Of a DNA stretch of 64,000 nucleotides, positions 10,285 through 19,293 are shown piece after piece. This stretch comes from Myxococcota bacterium. GTDB lineage: Bacteria; Myxococcota_A; UBA9160; UBA6930. The stretch spans positions 2,656,001 through 2,720,000 of the forward strand of contig OZ245015.1 in NCBI GenBank assembly GCA_965223705.1, read 5' to 3'. Below the pieces are notes generated by a model. That model saw only the letters and a program-made list of their open reading frames with translations. It had not been told where the DNA came from and did not search any database. Made by a program: the position numbers and the translations under genes. Each line of letters begins with the position of its first letter. Positions within the stretch are counted from its first letter, which is position 1.

Positions 10285-12354
10285 ATGGGCAACGTCGATG
10301 TTTCGAAGCGGCGAAATTTCGCAATCGTCGGGCATAGTGGCGACGGCAAGACGTCACTCGGCGAAGCGTTACTCCACCGCGCCGGCGCCACCGACGAGCT
10401 CGGCAAGGTCGACGACGGGACTTCGAGCCTCGACCACACTCCGGAAGAAAAAGAGCGTCATCACACTCTACACTCCTCAGTGTACAGCTTCGACTACGAC
10501 GGCCACGCCATCACGTTGGTCGACACACCCGGTGATCCGAACTTTCAGGCCGACGGTCGAATCGCCCTCGGCGCACTCGACGCAGCCGTCCTCGTCATCT
10601 CGGCGACCGACGGAGTCAAGGTCGGCTCGGAATCCATGTGGGCGGCGTGCCAGCGGGCGGAAATGCCCGTCGCGATCTTTGTGAACGGCCAAGACCACGA
10701 TCGGGCCGATTTCTCCGCCGCGATGGAATCGGCGAAGACGATGGGCGCGCCGGCCGCTGCGGTCACGATTCCGGTCGGGGCGGGGGAATCGTTCAAGGGC
10801 GTCATCGACTTGTTGCACGACAAGTACATCGTCGATGGAAAGAGCGGAGACGTCCCCGCCGAGCTCGCGGAAGAAGTGGCCGCTGCGCGGGAGCAACTCG
10901 TCGAAGCCGTGGCGGAAGGTTCCGACGAGCTCCTCGAGAAGTATCTCGAGGACGGCGAGCTCAGCGAAGAGGAGGTCGAGCACGGACTCCTCGAAGGCAT
11001 TCGCAACGGCTCGCTGGTGCCGGTCTTCGCAGGCTCAGCGACGCAGCTCGAAGGCGTTTCCTCGCTTCTCTCGGCGATCTGCACCCTCTTGCCCTCCCCG
11101 CTCGATCGACCCGCTCGATCCGCGCGGGAGATGGATTCGGGCGACGAGACCGAAGCGCCGCCGAACCCCGACGCGCCTTTCTCGGCGGTCGTCTTCAAGA
11201 CGATGATCGATCGCTACGCGGGAACGCTCTCGGTGATACGTGTCGTCTCGGGGAAAGTGCACTCCGATCAGACGGTGCTCAACGTGACGCGCGACGGCAA
11301 AGTCCGCTTCGGCAAGTTGATGAGCCTCTCCGGCGCGGGCCACCACGAAAGTGGCGAGGCGGGGCCCGGCGACATCGTGGCGGTCGCGAAGCTCAAGGAC
11401 GTCCACACCGGCGATGTCCTGACCGCCGAAAAGAATGGCTTGCGCCTCGCCGAGATCCCGATCCCCCACGGCGTGCTGTCCTACGCGATCTCCGCGAAGA
11501 ACAAAGGCGACGAGGACAAGGTCTTCAACGCGCTCGGCCGCTTGGTCGAGGAAGATCCGACGCTTTCCGTCGAGCGCGATCCCGCCACAGGAGAGTTTCT
11601 GCTCACGGGAATGGGCGAGCTCCACATCCGGCTGTCCGTCGACCAGTTGGAGCGGAACTACGGTGTGGAGGTCGAACTCAAGACGCCGAAAGTCCCGTAT
11701 CGGGAGACCATCTCCCGGAAGGCGGAGGGCATCGAAGGCAAGCTCAAGAAGCAGAGCGGCGGGAAAGGCATGTACGGAGTCTGCTACCTGTCGGTAGAAC
11801 CGCTTCCCCGCGGGTCAGGCATCGAGTTCGTCGACGAGATCGTCGGGGGCGCGATTCCGCGCAATCTGATTCCCGCCGTGGAAAAAGGCGTTCACGAATC
11901 GAAGGACGCCGGCCCGCTCGCCGGCTATCCGGTGGTGGACGTCCGGGTACGCTGCGTGGATGGAAAACACCACAGCGTGGACTCCAACGAGATGGCTTTC
12001 AAGATCGCGGGCTCGCTGGGCTTCAAGGCCGCGCTCGAAGCGGCAAAGCCCGAGCTCCTGGAACCCGTCATGAACGTCGAAATCGCGATCCCCGAGGACT
12101 ACGTCGGGGACGTGATGGGCGATATCAGCAGCCGCCGGGGCCGGGTCCAGACCTCGGAAGTCCGCGGCAGCTCTCAAGTGATCAAGGCGAGCGTCCCCAT
12201 GGCCGAAATGCTCGAGTATGCGAGCGCTCTCACCAGCCTGACCGGCGGTAAGGGAGCGTTCCACATGGAGTTCTCCCATTACGACCCGATTCCGGCCCAG
12301 CTCCGGGACAAGGTCATTGCGGAGGCCCAGGCGCAGCGGGAAACGGAGTCCTGA
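10285..12354 (+). CDS. Elongation factor G-like protein (EF-G2 type)
   Basis: Full EF-G architecture (DTPG, EEDPT, GMGELH, KVPYRETI, KKQSGG, LLEPVM) with divergent G motifs. Confidence 0.9.
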   Translation: MGNVDVSKRRNFAIVGHSGDGKTSLGEALLHRAGATDELGKVDDGTSSLDHTPEEKERHHTLHSSVYSFDYDGHAITLVDTPGDPNFQADGRIALGALDAAVLVISATDGVKVGSESMWAACQRAEMPVAIFVNGQDHDRADFSAAMESAKTMGAPAAAVTIPVGAGESFKGVIDLLHDKYIVDGKSGDVPAELAEEVAAAREQLVEAVAEGSDELLEKYLEDGELSEEEVEHGLLEGIRNGSLVPVFAGSATQLEGVSSLLSAICTLLPSPLDRPARSAREMDSGDETEAPPNPDAPFSAVVFKTMIDRYAGTLSVIRVVSGKVHSDQTVLNVTRDGKVRFGKLMSLSGAGHHESGEAGPGDIVAVAKLKDVHTGDVLTAEKNGLRLAEIPIPHGVLSYAISAKNKGDEDKVFNALGRLVEEDPTLSVERDPATGEFLLTGMGELHIRLSVDQLERNYGVEVELKTPKVPYRETISRKAEGIEGKLKKQSGGKGMYGVCYLSVEPLPRGSGIEFVDEIVGGAIPRNLIPAVEKGVHESKDAGPLAGYPVVDVRVRCVDGKHHSVDSNEMAFKIAGSLGFKAALEAAKPELLEPVMNVEIAIPEDYVGDVMGDISSRRGRVQTSEVRGSSQVIKASVPMAEMLEYASALTSLTGGKGAFHMEFSHYDPIPAQLRDKVIAEAQAQRETES

Positions 12355-12388
12355 CGCGCGTGCGGCCCCCGCGGAAGCAGGCCGCACG

Positions 12389-13471
12389 TTGTCGAAAGCC
12401 AAGATTCAGCTGCGGCTCTCCTCGGAAGCGGAGAAGTACGTCCGGAAGGACGCGCCGGTGGGTGTCCGCCGGCTCGCGGCGGGCGGCGCCCTCCCCTTGC
12501 CTCCCGTCGAGCTCGTCACAGTCCTGTTCGTGCTGTCCCACGACGCCGACACCGAGGTCAAGACGAAGGCGACGGCGAGCCTCGAAGGGCTCCCGGAGAA
12601 CATCAGCCAGACGGTGCTGTCTTCCGAACAGACCCACGCGAGCGTGCTTCATGCGCTCGGACACATCTTCAAAGACAGCGCGAAGCTGACCGAGACGCTG
12701 GCCTTGAACGCGGCGGCGGACGACGAGACGATCGTTTTTCTCGCTTCCCTCCCCCATCGACGCGTGGTCGATATCGTCGCGAACAACCAAGAGCGTCTGC
12801 TCCGCTGTGACGCGATCGCCGAGGCTCTCGGTGAGAACCCCTTAACGGGCCGCGCCACGATCGATCGCATCCTGACGTTCCTCGGCATCGACAAGGCGAA
12901 GGGTGAGGAAGTCGAGGTGGAGGTCGACGCCGTCGATCCGGACGAGCTCACCGACGAGTCCGCCGCCAACGCGTTGCGAGCGCTGCTCGGCGATGACGCG
13001 GGGGAGTTCGCCGAAGCCCTCATCGACGACACGGATGGTGAGCTCAGCGAAGAAGAGGAAGGGAACCTCTTCGCGCTGCTGCAGCGCATGACCGTGATGC
13101 AGAAGATCAAGCTCGCTCGCCTCGGGAACAAGGAAGCGCGCTCTCTCCTCGTCCGCGATCACAACAAGCTCGTCGCGGCAGCCGCGATTCGCAGCCCGAA
13201 GGTCACCGACAACGAGATCGAAGGCATCGCGAAGGCACGCAACGTATCCGACGAGGTCCTCCGAATTATCGCGTCGAATCGCGAATGGACGCGCAACTAC
13301 TCGGTGAAACGCGCTTTGGCGACGAACCCCAAGTGCCCGATCCAGTACGCCATGAAGTTCCTGAACTTCATGCAGGAACGAGATTTGCGCAGCGTCATGC
13401 GCAGCAAAGACGTCCCGGCGGCCATCTCGACCCATGCGCGCCGCTTGTTGCAGAAGAAGGGAAAAATCTGA
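12389..13471 (+). CDS. Conserved hypothetical alpha-helical repeat protein
   Basis: Coding-like ORF coupled to the next gene (TGATG); helical repeat-like C-terminus QKIKLARLGNKEAR...NPKCP; TTG start estimated. Confidence 0.7.
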   Translation: MSKAKIQLRLSSEAEKYVRKDAPVGVRRLAAGGALPLPPVELVTVLFVLSHDADTEVKTKATASLEGLPENISQTVLSSEQTHASVLHALGHIFKDSAKLTETLALNAAADDETIVFLASLPHRRVVDIVANNQERLLRCDAIAEALGENPLTGRATIDRILTFLGIDKAKGEEVEVEVDAVDPDELTDESAANALRALLGDDAGEFAEALIDDTDGELSEEEEGNLFALLQRMTVMQKIKLARLGNKEARSLLVRDHNKLVAAAAIRSPKVTDNEIEGIAKARNVSDEVLRIIASNREWTRNYSVKRALATNPKCPIQYAMKFLNFMQERDLRSVMRSKDVPAAISTHARRLLQKKGKI

Positions 13472-14319
13472 TGGCGGTCGACTACGACAAGACCGAACTC
13501 CATGCGCGGATCGTTTACTGGGGTCCCGAAGGGAGCGGAAAAACCACCAACCTCGAACTGATTCACCGCAAGCTGCGCAGCGATCACCGGGGCGACTTGC
13601 GTACGATGCCGACGCGAATCGATCCTTCGGTCAACTACGAGATCCTTCCCATCGAGCTCGGACGCGTAAGCGGCGTCTACACGCGCATCGAAATCGTCGC
13701 TGTACCGAGTGGTGAGGAGCAGGCCCCGACTCGCAAGCAACTCCTCGATCGGGTCGACGGAATCGTCCTCGTGCTCGACGCGCGACGAGACCGGGTCGAA
13801 GACAACCTCCGATCCTTCGAGGAGCTCGTCGAGTTCCTCGAGGCGTACGGTCGTTCTCTGTCGGAGATCCCGTGCGTCGTGCAGTACAACAAACGGGACC
13901 TCGCGGATCCCTTTGCCGTCGAGGAGCTTCACCGAAAACTCGACGTCGAGGGACTCGCGGCGTTCGAAGCCGTGGCAAACGTGGGCACCGGGGTGCTGCA
14001 ATCGCTGACGACGGTTTCGAAACTCGTCGTCCGCTCGCTCCGCGAGCCGGCGATACACGGGGAGACGGCTCCGCCGGAGCCCCATGTCGAAGAGACGCCG
14101 CCGTATAACGCTCCTCTCGAACCGTCGGATTCGACCGTGGAAGTGCGGTCCGCCTCGGCTCGCGCGAGCTCGCTGGTGCTTCTCCGAGCGGAAACGCCGA
14201 AAATCGAAGGGGATAATCGGCTTCTCGTGCCGCTGGTCCTCGCGGATTCCGCCGGACACGAGCACCATGTAGAGATTCGCGTCGAGCTCGCCGGAACGAG
14301 TCCGGGCTCCTCGCGTTAG
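13471..14319 (+). CDS. MglA-family small GTPase paralog with C-terminal extension
   Basis: IVYWGPEGSGKTTNL, RKQLLDRVDGIV, VQYNKRDL and EAVANVGTGV are colinear with MglA. Confidence 0.88.
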   Translation: MAVDYDKTELHARIVYWGPEGSGKTTNLELIHRKLRSDHRGDLRTMPTRIDPSVNYEILPIELGRVSGVYTRIEIVAVPSGEEQAPTRKQLLDRVDGIVLVLDARRDRVEDNLRSFEELVEFLEAYGRSLSEIPCVVQYNKRDLADPFAVEELHRKLDVEGLAAFEAVANVGTGVLQSLTTVSKLVVRSLREPAIHGETAPPEPHVEETPPYNAPLEPSDSTVEVRSASARASSLVLLRAETPKIEGDNRLLVPLVLADSAGHEHHVEIRVELAGTSPGSSR

Positions 14320-14331
14320 AGGAGCAGAAGC

Positions 14332-16635
14332 GTGCGCAGGGGCGTCGCCCTTTACGGAGTGACCGAAGAGAGCGCGGGGTTGATCCCGCTGCTCGAATCG
14401 CGGCCCGACTTGGAAGTCGTCGCTGTCTACGATCCGGCGCCCGCAGAAGCGCGGGCGAAACTCGAAGCGTTGGGCGGCGACTACGCCGCGCGCCTCGGCG
14501 ACCGGTTCGTGGCCGACCCGCGCGATTTCCTGCGCGTGGTCGGGCTCTCGGCGATCATCGATGCCGGCCGCGACGCACCGCTCGCAGAGCGAATCCCCGA
14601 GGTCGAGTCAAGCGACGTGGAGGTCGTTTCGACCCTGACGGCGCGACTCCTCTGGGGCTACGGGCCCGCCTCCCGCGAGCGCCAAGGCGAACTCCTCCAA
14701 GCGCTCCGCGAGATTGTAGACTCGCTCAACCTCGCGAGCGACGGTGAAGAGCTCTTCTCCAGGATCCTCGACATCGCGATCAGCGTGCTCGGAGCGGACG
14801 GCGGCTCGTTGATGCTGCTCGATGCGGCCGGCGAAACCCTGTCGATACGCGTCGCCAAAGGCGTCGAGCCCGAGTTGTGGTCCAAAGTCCGGACGCCCCT
14901 CGGCCAGGGCATCGCCGGACGCGTGGCATCGGAGGTGCGCGCGGCCCGCGTCCGCGGCAAGGCGGACCCCGAGGAGTTCCACATCCTGCGGGAGCGCTTC
15001 GATGTGAAGGACGCCCTGTCGTTGCCGCTCGTACACAGCGGGAGGATCCAAGGCGTCTTGAACCTCCACAGCACCGCGAACCTCGACACGTTCTCCGACG
15101 ACGACGTGTCGTTCGCCGAAGAACTCGCGCGCGCTTCGGGAGAGATTCTCGCCCGGGCCGAAGAACATCAGCACTTGCGACGGCAAGCGCACCGCTACGC
15201 CCTCGTCACAGAAGTGCGTCAACATCTCGGCGTTCCGCAACCCCTCGAGGAGCGCTTGTCATCTCTCTGCGCTCTCCTCGCGAAGCGGGTGGGACGCGGT
15301 ACCGCAACCGTCTACCTACTCGAACCGGAGAGCGAGGAGCTGCGCTTGACGGCGACCTCGATGGCGACGGGCAGCTTGCTCGCGGAACTCCGAGTACCCG
15401 TCGGTACCGGAATCGACGGTCAGGCCGCCGGCGGCACGCCGGAGCTCCTCCACGGGCCCGACGGCGCGCTGCGCCTAGCCGCGATGCCACTCCCGAGCGC
15501 GGGTGAAACCGTCGGCGTCTTGTCGGTCCAAGTGGGTACCGCGCCGCGCCGTGCGAACGACTTGCCGGTGGGACGCGCTGCGGAGGAGACCCTCCGAGAG
15601 ATCGCAGCCGCCCTGGCCGACGAAATCGCGAAGGCGTGGCGCGAGGAGCGCATGGAGACGCGTGCGACGAAAGCGACCGCGATCAACGAGGCCGGGCTCC
15701 GCCTGATCTCCGCTCGCGAGATCTCTGAAGTCGTGCGGCAATCGACGGCTTCGGGGGCTCTCGTGCTCGAAGCGGACCACGCTTTGCTGCGGTTGCTCGA
15801 CCCGGAATCGAATCGCTACGTCATCCGCTCCTACTACGGCAGTGCTGACCGCGACCAGCGCGAGCAGCTCTTCGCCCTCGACAAAGACGTCAGCGTCACG
15901 GTGATCCGCCAGCGCGAATCTCTACTCGTGCACCGAAGCGATCGCGACGAGCGGTGGAACACCCATGAGGCGTCGGTGCGTTCCATCCTCGGCGCGCCGC
16001 TCCTGCGCGATGGGCGGGTCGTTGGGACCCTCACGTTCTACGACAAAATGGCGGCGGACGCGTTTTTTCCCGGTCACTTCTCGCGCGACGATCTCGAGGT
16101 CTTGAACCGCTATGCGCGTTACGTCGAGCGGGCCGTCACGAACGCGCTGTTCTACCGCCAGGCGAAAGCGCAGAGCAACTTCGATGAGGCGACCGGACTT
16201 CCCAACGCCGAGTATCTCGCCCGGCGCATCGATCAGGAAATCGCGCGAGCGGGGGGACGCCCGAACGCGTTCGCACTGGCGACGTGCCGAATCGAGAACC
16301 TGAGCGAACTCCGCAGTGCGGTGGACGCGGCGCACGCCGAGCGCGTCGTCCAGCGGACGGCCGAAGCGATGCGCGACAAGCTGCGCGACTTCGACATCGT
16401 CGCGCGAACGGCGGACGACGAATTCGCGGCGTTGCTCCCGGAGCCCGGGGATCTCCCGGGCGATCGCGTCGCCGATCTGGCGCGTGCGGTCGCCGAGGAC
16501 ATCGTCCGCAACGAAGCGCTGAACGACCCGATACGAATCGGCTTGGTCTTTGGTTATACGGTGCCCGAGAGCTCGGACGACCCCCGGGAGAGCTTGGTCG
16601 CACGCGCCCGCGAGCCCCGAATCCGCATGCTCTAG
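14332..16635 (+). CDS. Rossmann-like N-terminus, three GAF domains and a degenerate GGDEF domain
   Basis: GAF motifs (GQGIAGRVA...LPLVHSGRIQGVLNL; PLLRDGRVVGTL), DEATGLPN, RDFDIVARTADDEF. Confidence 0.82.
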   Translation: MRRGVALYGVTEESAGLIPLLESRPDLEVVAVYDPAPAEARAKLEALGGDYAARLGDRFVADPRDFLRVVGLSAIIDAGRDAPLAERIPEVESSDVEVVSTLTARLLWGYGPASRERQGELLQALREIVDSLNLASDGEELFSRILDIAISVLGADGGSLMLLDAAGETLSIRVAKGVEPELWSKVRTPLGQGIAGRVASEVRAARVRGKADPEEFHILRERFDVKDALSLPLVHSGRIQGVLNLHSTANLDTFSDDDVSFAEELARASGEILARAEEHQHLRRQAHRYALVTEVRQHLGVPQPLEERLSSLCALLAKRVGRGTATVYLLEPESEELRLTATSMATGSLLAELRVPVGTGIDGQAAGGTPELLHGPDGALRLAAMPLPSAGETVGVLSVQVGTAPRRANDLPVGRAAEETLREIAAALADEIAKAWREERMETRATKATAINEAGLRLISAREISEVVRQSTASGALVLEADHALLRLLDPESNRYVIRSYYGSADRDQREQLFALDKDVSVTVIRQRESLLVHRSDRDERWNTHEASVRSILGAPLLRDGRVVGTLTFYDKMAADAFFPGHFSRDDLEVLNRYARYVERAVTNALFYRQAKAQSNFDEATGLPNAEYLARRIDQEIARAGGRPNAFALATCRIENLSELRSAVDAAHAERVVQRTAEAMRDKLRDFDIVARTADDEFAALLPEPGDLPGDRVADLARAVAEDIVRNEALNDPIRIGLVFGYTVPESSDDPRESLVARAREPRIRML

Positions 16636-16642
16636 GGCACTC

Positions 16643-17182
16643 TCATCGACCCGATTTGGCTCCCGGAACGAGCTGCCGGCCGCGGAAGCCGCCGTTCGTC
16701 CGCTTGAACGCAGCGATTTCTTCGACCCTCCCTTCCACCAGCGAGATGACGACGTGATAGGCGTCGGGGAACGGGAACCACGCCTGACTTGCGAAGGCCT
16801 GATCGAGCTCCGAAAAATACGCGCCCGCTCCCACGTGGGAGTGGTAGACCGCGGTGATGCTCTCACCCGACGCAGCGGCTTGTTCCGTCGCGCGCAAGTA
16901 GTCCCCCTCGTTCATGAAGAACGCGGTCTGACCGTCTCTCGGGTACTGGGCCGGATCCTCTTGGTGCTTGCGCGTGACGTCGTTCCGGCAGCGGTAGACG
17001 CTCCGAAAGACATCCTCCGGAGTGCCTCCGATGAGTCCACAGCACTCTTCGGGTGCGGCCTCTCGGGCGTGCGCACAGAGCTCGTTCCACGGAGTCGCCG
17101 AGGCGACGAGGGGCGGCTCCGAGGGATCGTGAAGGATCCGTCGTTGGGCGGAGGGGGAAGCTTCCTCAAGTCGTTGTGCCAA
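16643..17182 (-). CDS. JAB/MPN (Mov34, M67) metallopeptidase, Mec-like
   Basis: PEECCGLI and YHSHVGAGAYFSELD JAMM motif. Confidence 0.88.
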   Translation of the reverse strand: MAQRLEEASPSAQRRILHDPSEPPLVASATPWNELCAHAREAAPEECCGLIGGTPEDVFRSVYRCRNDVTRKHQEDPAQYPRDGQTAFFMNEGDYLRATEQAAASGESITAVYHSHVGAGAYFSELDQAFASQAWFPFPDAYHVVISLVEGRVEEIAAFKRTNGGFRGRQLVPGAKSGR

Positions 17183-17341
17183 GGCTGGCGGAGTCTAGAC
17201 AACGGTTTCTAGAAATGCACCGAAGCCCTCGAAAGCCCGAGCAAAATCTGACTCCCCGACGCAGACGATCCCATGCGCCCGGGCATCCCTCGAGGGAGTG
17301 CGCTACCGCCCCGGGGAATCGACTCACCGTCGGAGGCTCCC

Positions 17342-18364
17342 GTGAAACTCGATACCCAACTCCGCGACTTCAGCCTGGCGGACGTCGCAGGCCAGGTCGA
17401 ACGCTTTGAGAAACTCGGTTTCGACGGCGTCTGGACCTTCGAAGCCGCGAACGACCCCTTCCTACCGTTGGGCGTTGCGGCCAGCGCCGACACCCGCCTC
17501 GAACTGGGCACCAACATTTCCGTCGCCTTCGGGAGGAGCCCGTTCACCATGGCGCAGGTCGCTTGGGATCTTCAGCGCGCGAGCGGCGGTCGCTTTCATC
17601 TGGGCCTCGGCACCCAGGTCCGGGCGCACATCGAACGGCGTTTCAGCATGCCTTGGAGCGCGCCGGCCAAACGTCTCGTCGACTACATCCGCTGCGTTCG
17701 CGCGATCTGGGACACGTTCCAGAACGGGACCCGGCCGGCGTACAAGGGAGAGTTCTACCAGTTCACGCTGATGAACCCGTTCTTCTCCCCCGGCCCTGTC
17801 GATCGGCCGGACATCCCGATCTGGATCGCCGGTGTGAACACCGGGATGTGCCGGGCGGCCGGCGAAGTGGCCGACGGGTTTCATGTGCACCCGATGAACA
17901 GCGCCGGCTATCTGCGGGACGTGGTGCGGCCGGCGATCGCCGAGGGCGCGCGCCAGGCGGGACGCTCCGCGGGTGACGTGGCCCTTTACGCGCCGGTATT
18001 TGCGGTAACGGGCGACGATCAACCGCAGTGGGACCGCAGCGAGGCAGAAGTCCGCCGTCAAATCTCGTTCTACGCGTCGACCCCGAACTACCGGGCGGTT
18101 CTCGAATACCACGACCTCGGGGGCATCGCGAAAGAGCTTTCGGCAAAGGCACGCGCGGGAGAGTGGCGGGAAATGGCAGCACTCATTCCCGACCGATTGG
18201 TGGACGAACTCGCCGTCATCGCGAAACCGTCCGAGGTGCCGTCGGCGCTGCGCCGCCGCTACGAGGGACTCCTCGATCGCGTTTCTCTCTACTTCCCGAT
18301 CCCCGATGATGGAAATGACGATCGCTGGAAACAATTTGTCGCGGACTTTCGGGCGGCGGTATAG
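17342..18364 (+). CDS. LLM-class (probably F420-dependent) oxidoreductase
   Basis: DPFLPL, AFGRSP, SGGRFHLGLGTQVRAHIERRF, ADGFHVHP, SFYASTPNY. Confidence 0.88.
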   Translation: MKLDTQLRDFSLADVAGQVERFEKLGFDGVWTFEAANDPFLPLGVAASADTRLELGTNISVAFGRSPFTMAQVAWDLQRASGGRFHLGLGTQVRAHIERRFSMPWSAPAKRLVDYIRCVRAIWDTFQNGTRPAYKGEFYQFTLMNPFFSPGPVDRPDIPIWIAGVNTGMCRAAGEVADGFHVHPMNSAGYLRDVVRPAIAEGARQAGRSAGDVALYAPVFAVTGDDQPQWDRSEAEVRRQISFYASTPNYRAVLEYHDLGGIAKELSAKARAGEWREMAALIPDRLVDELAVIAKPSEVPSALRRRYEGLLDRVSLYFPIPDDGNDDRWKQFVADFRAAV

Positions 18365-18524
18365 CGGCTGTGAGGAGTTGCGCCTAAGCCGGCAAACTAC
18401 CGATTGCGTTGGCAAATTTGCCGGTGCTTTGCTAGCAACGGGTCGCGCGGGAGAAGCGATTCTCCCACGAACGAACGAGGGAACGGGCCCCTTCCGCGGT
18501 GCCCCGAGGACAAGGATCTTGGCC

Positions 18525-19154
18525 ATGACCGCACGCTTCCTGGGCGCCACGTGCTGCGCGCTCTTTGTTCTCCTGGCCTTCCCGGCCATCGCCGACGAAG
18601 AGCGCGGCAAGCAGTTGTACGAGTTGTGCCAGATGTGTCACGGCGACAATGGCGAAGGCATGACGCTCTCGCTGGCACCGTCCATCGCAGGGCAGAGCCA
18701 GTGGTACGTAGAGAGTCAGCTTCGACAGTTCCGCGACGGAGGCCGCGGCGTTCATCCCGAAGACGTGCCCGGTATGCGCATGCGTCCCATGTCGATTTGG
18801 CTCGCGAAAGACGAAGACCTCGTCGCCGTCGCCGAGTACGTTTCGAATCTTCCGCCCGTCGCGCTCGAGCCGACCTTGGCCGACGCCGACGTCGAGAAGG
18901 GCAAAACCATCTACGTCCTCTGTCAGGCTTGCCACGGTCCGGAAGGGGAAGGAATGGAACCCCTCAAAGCGCCGAAGCTCACCCACGTCTCGGACTGGTA
19001 TCTCGTATCGCAGCTCAAGCGCTTTAAAGAGGGCGTTCGCGGGACGAACCCCAAAAACCCGAACAGTGCGCTCATGCGTCCCATGGCGATGTCGCTCGCC
19101 GACGAGCAGGCCATGAAAGACGTGTCCGCATACATCATGACGCTCTCGAAGTAG
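18525..19154 (+). CDS. Diheme cytochrome c4-type protein
   Basis: Signal peptide, two CxxCH motifs (CQMCH, CQACH), distal Met in MRPM twice. Confidence 0.92.
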   Translation: MTARFLGATCCALFVLLAFPAIADEERGKQLYELCQMCHGDNGEGMTLSLAPSIAGQSQWYVESQLRQFRDGGRGVHPEDVPGMRMRPMSIWLAKDEDLVAVAEYVSNLPPVALEPTLADADVEKGKTIYVLCQACHGPEGEGMEPLKAPKLTHVSDWYLVSQLKRFKEGVRGTNPKNPNSALMRPMAMSLADEQAMKDVSAYIMTLSK

Positions 19155-19169
19155 GACGGAGGCTCACAG

Positions 19170-19274
19170 ATGGCCAAGGCTTATCCGCCGGAGGAACTGG
19201 CGGCTCGCATCTTCTACATCAGCATGGTCGGCGTCGGCGCGTTTATCGCCGCCGTCTTCATGTTCGTCCTCTAA
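19170..19274 (+). CDS. 34-aa single-TM small protein (not in ORF track)
   Basis: GGAGG at 19158-19162, then ATG; MAKAYPPEELAARIFYISMVGVGAFIAAVFMFVL; fills the gap between cytochrome c and coxB. Confidence 0.75.
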   Translation: MAKAYPPEELAARIFYISMVGVGAFIAAVFMFVL

Positions 19275-19293
19275 CGCGCGGGAAGGCTGACCC

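Noticed and set aside
17164..17183. TTGGCAC on the minus strand as a sigma54 promoter
   Set aside because: No GC at the required -12 spacing; lies at the JAB ORF start.
18390..18450. GGCAAAC...GCAAA resembling a c-di-GMP-I (GEMM) riboswitch
   Set aside because: No GNRA tetraloop/receptor or properly paired P2 stem is visible.
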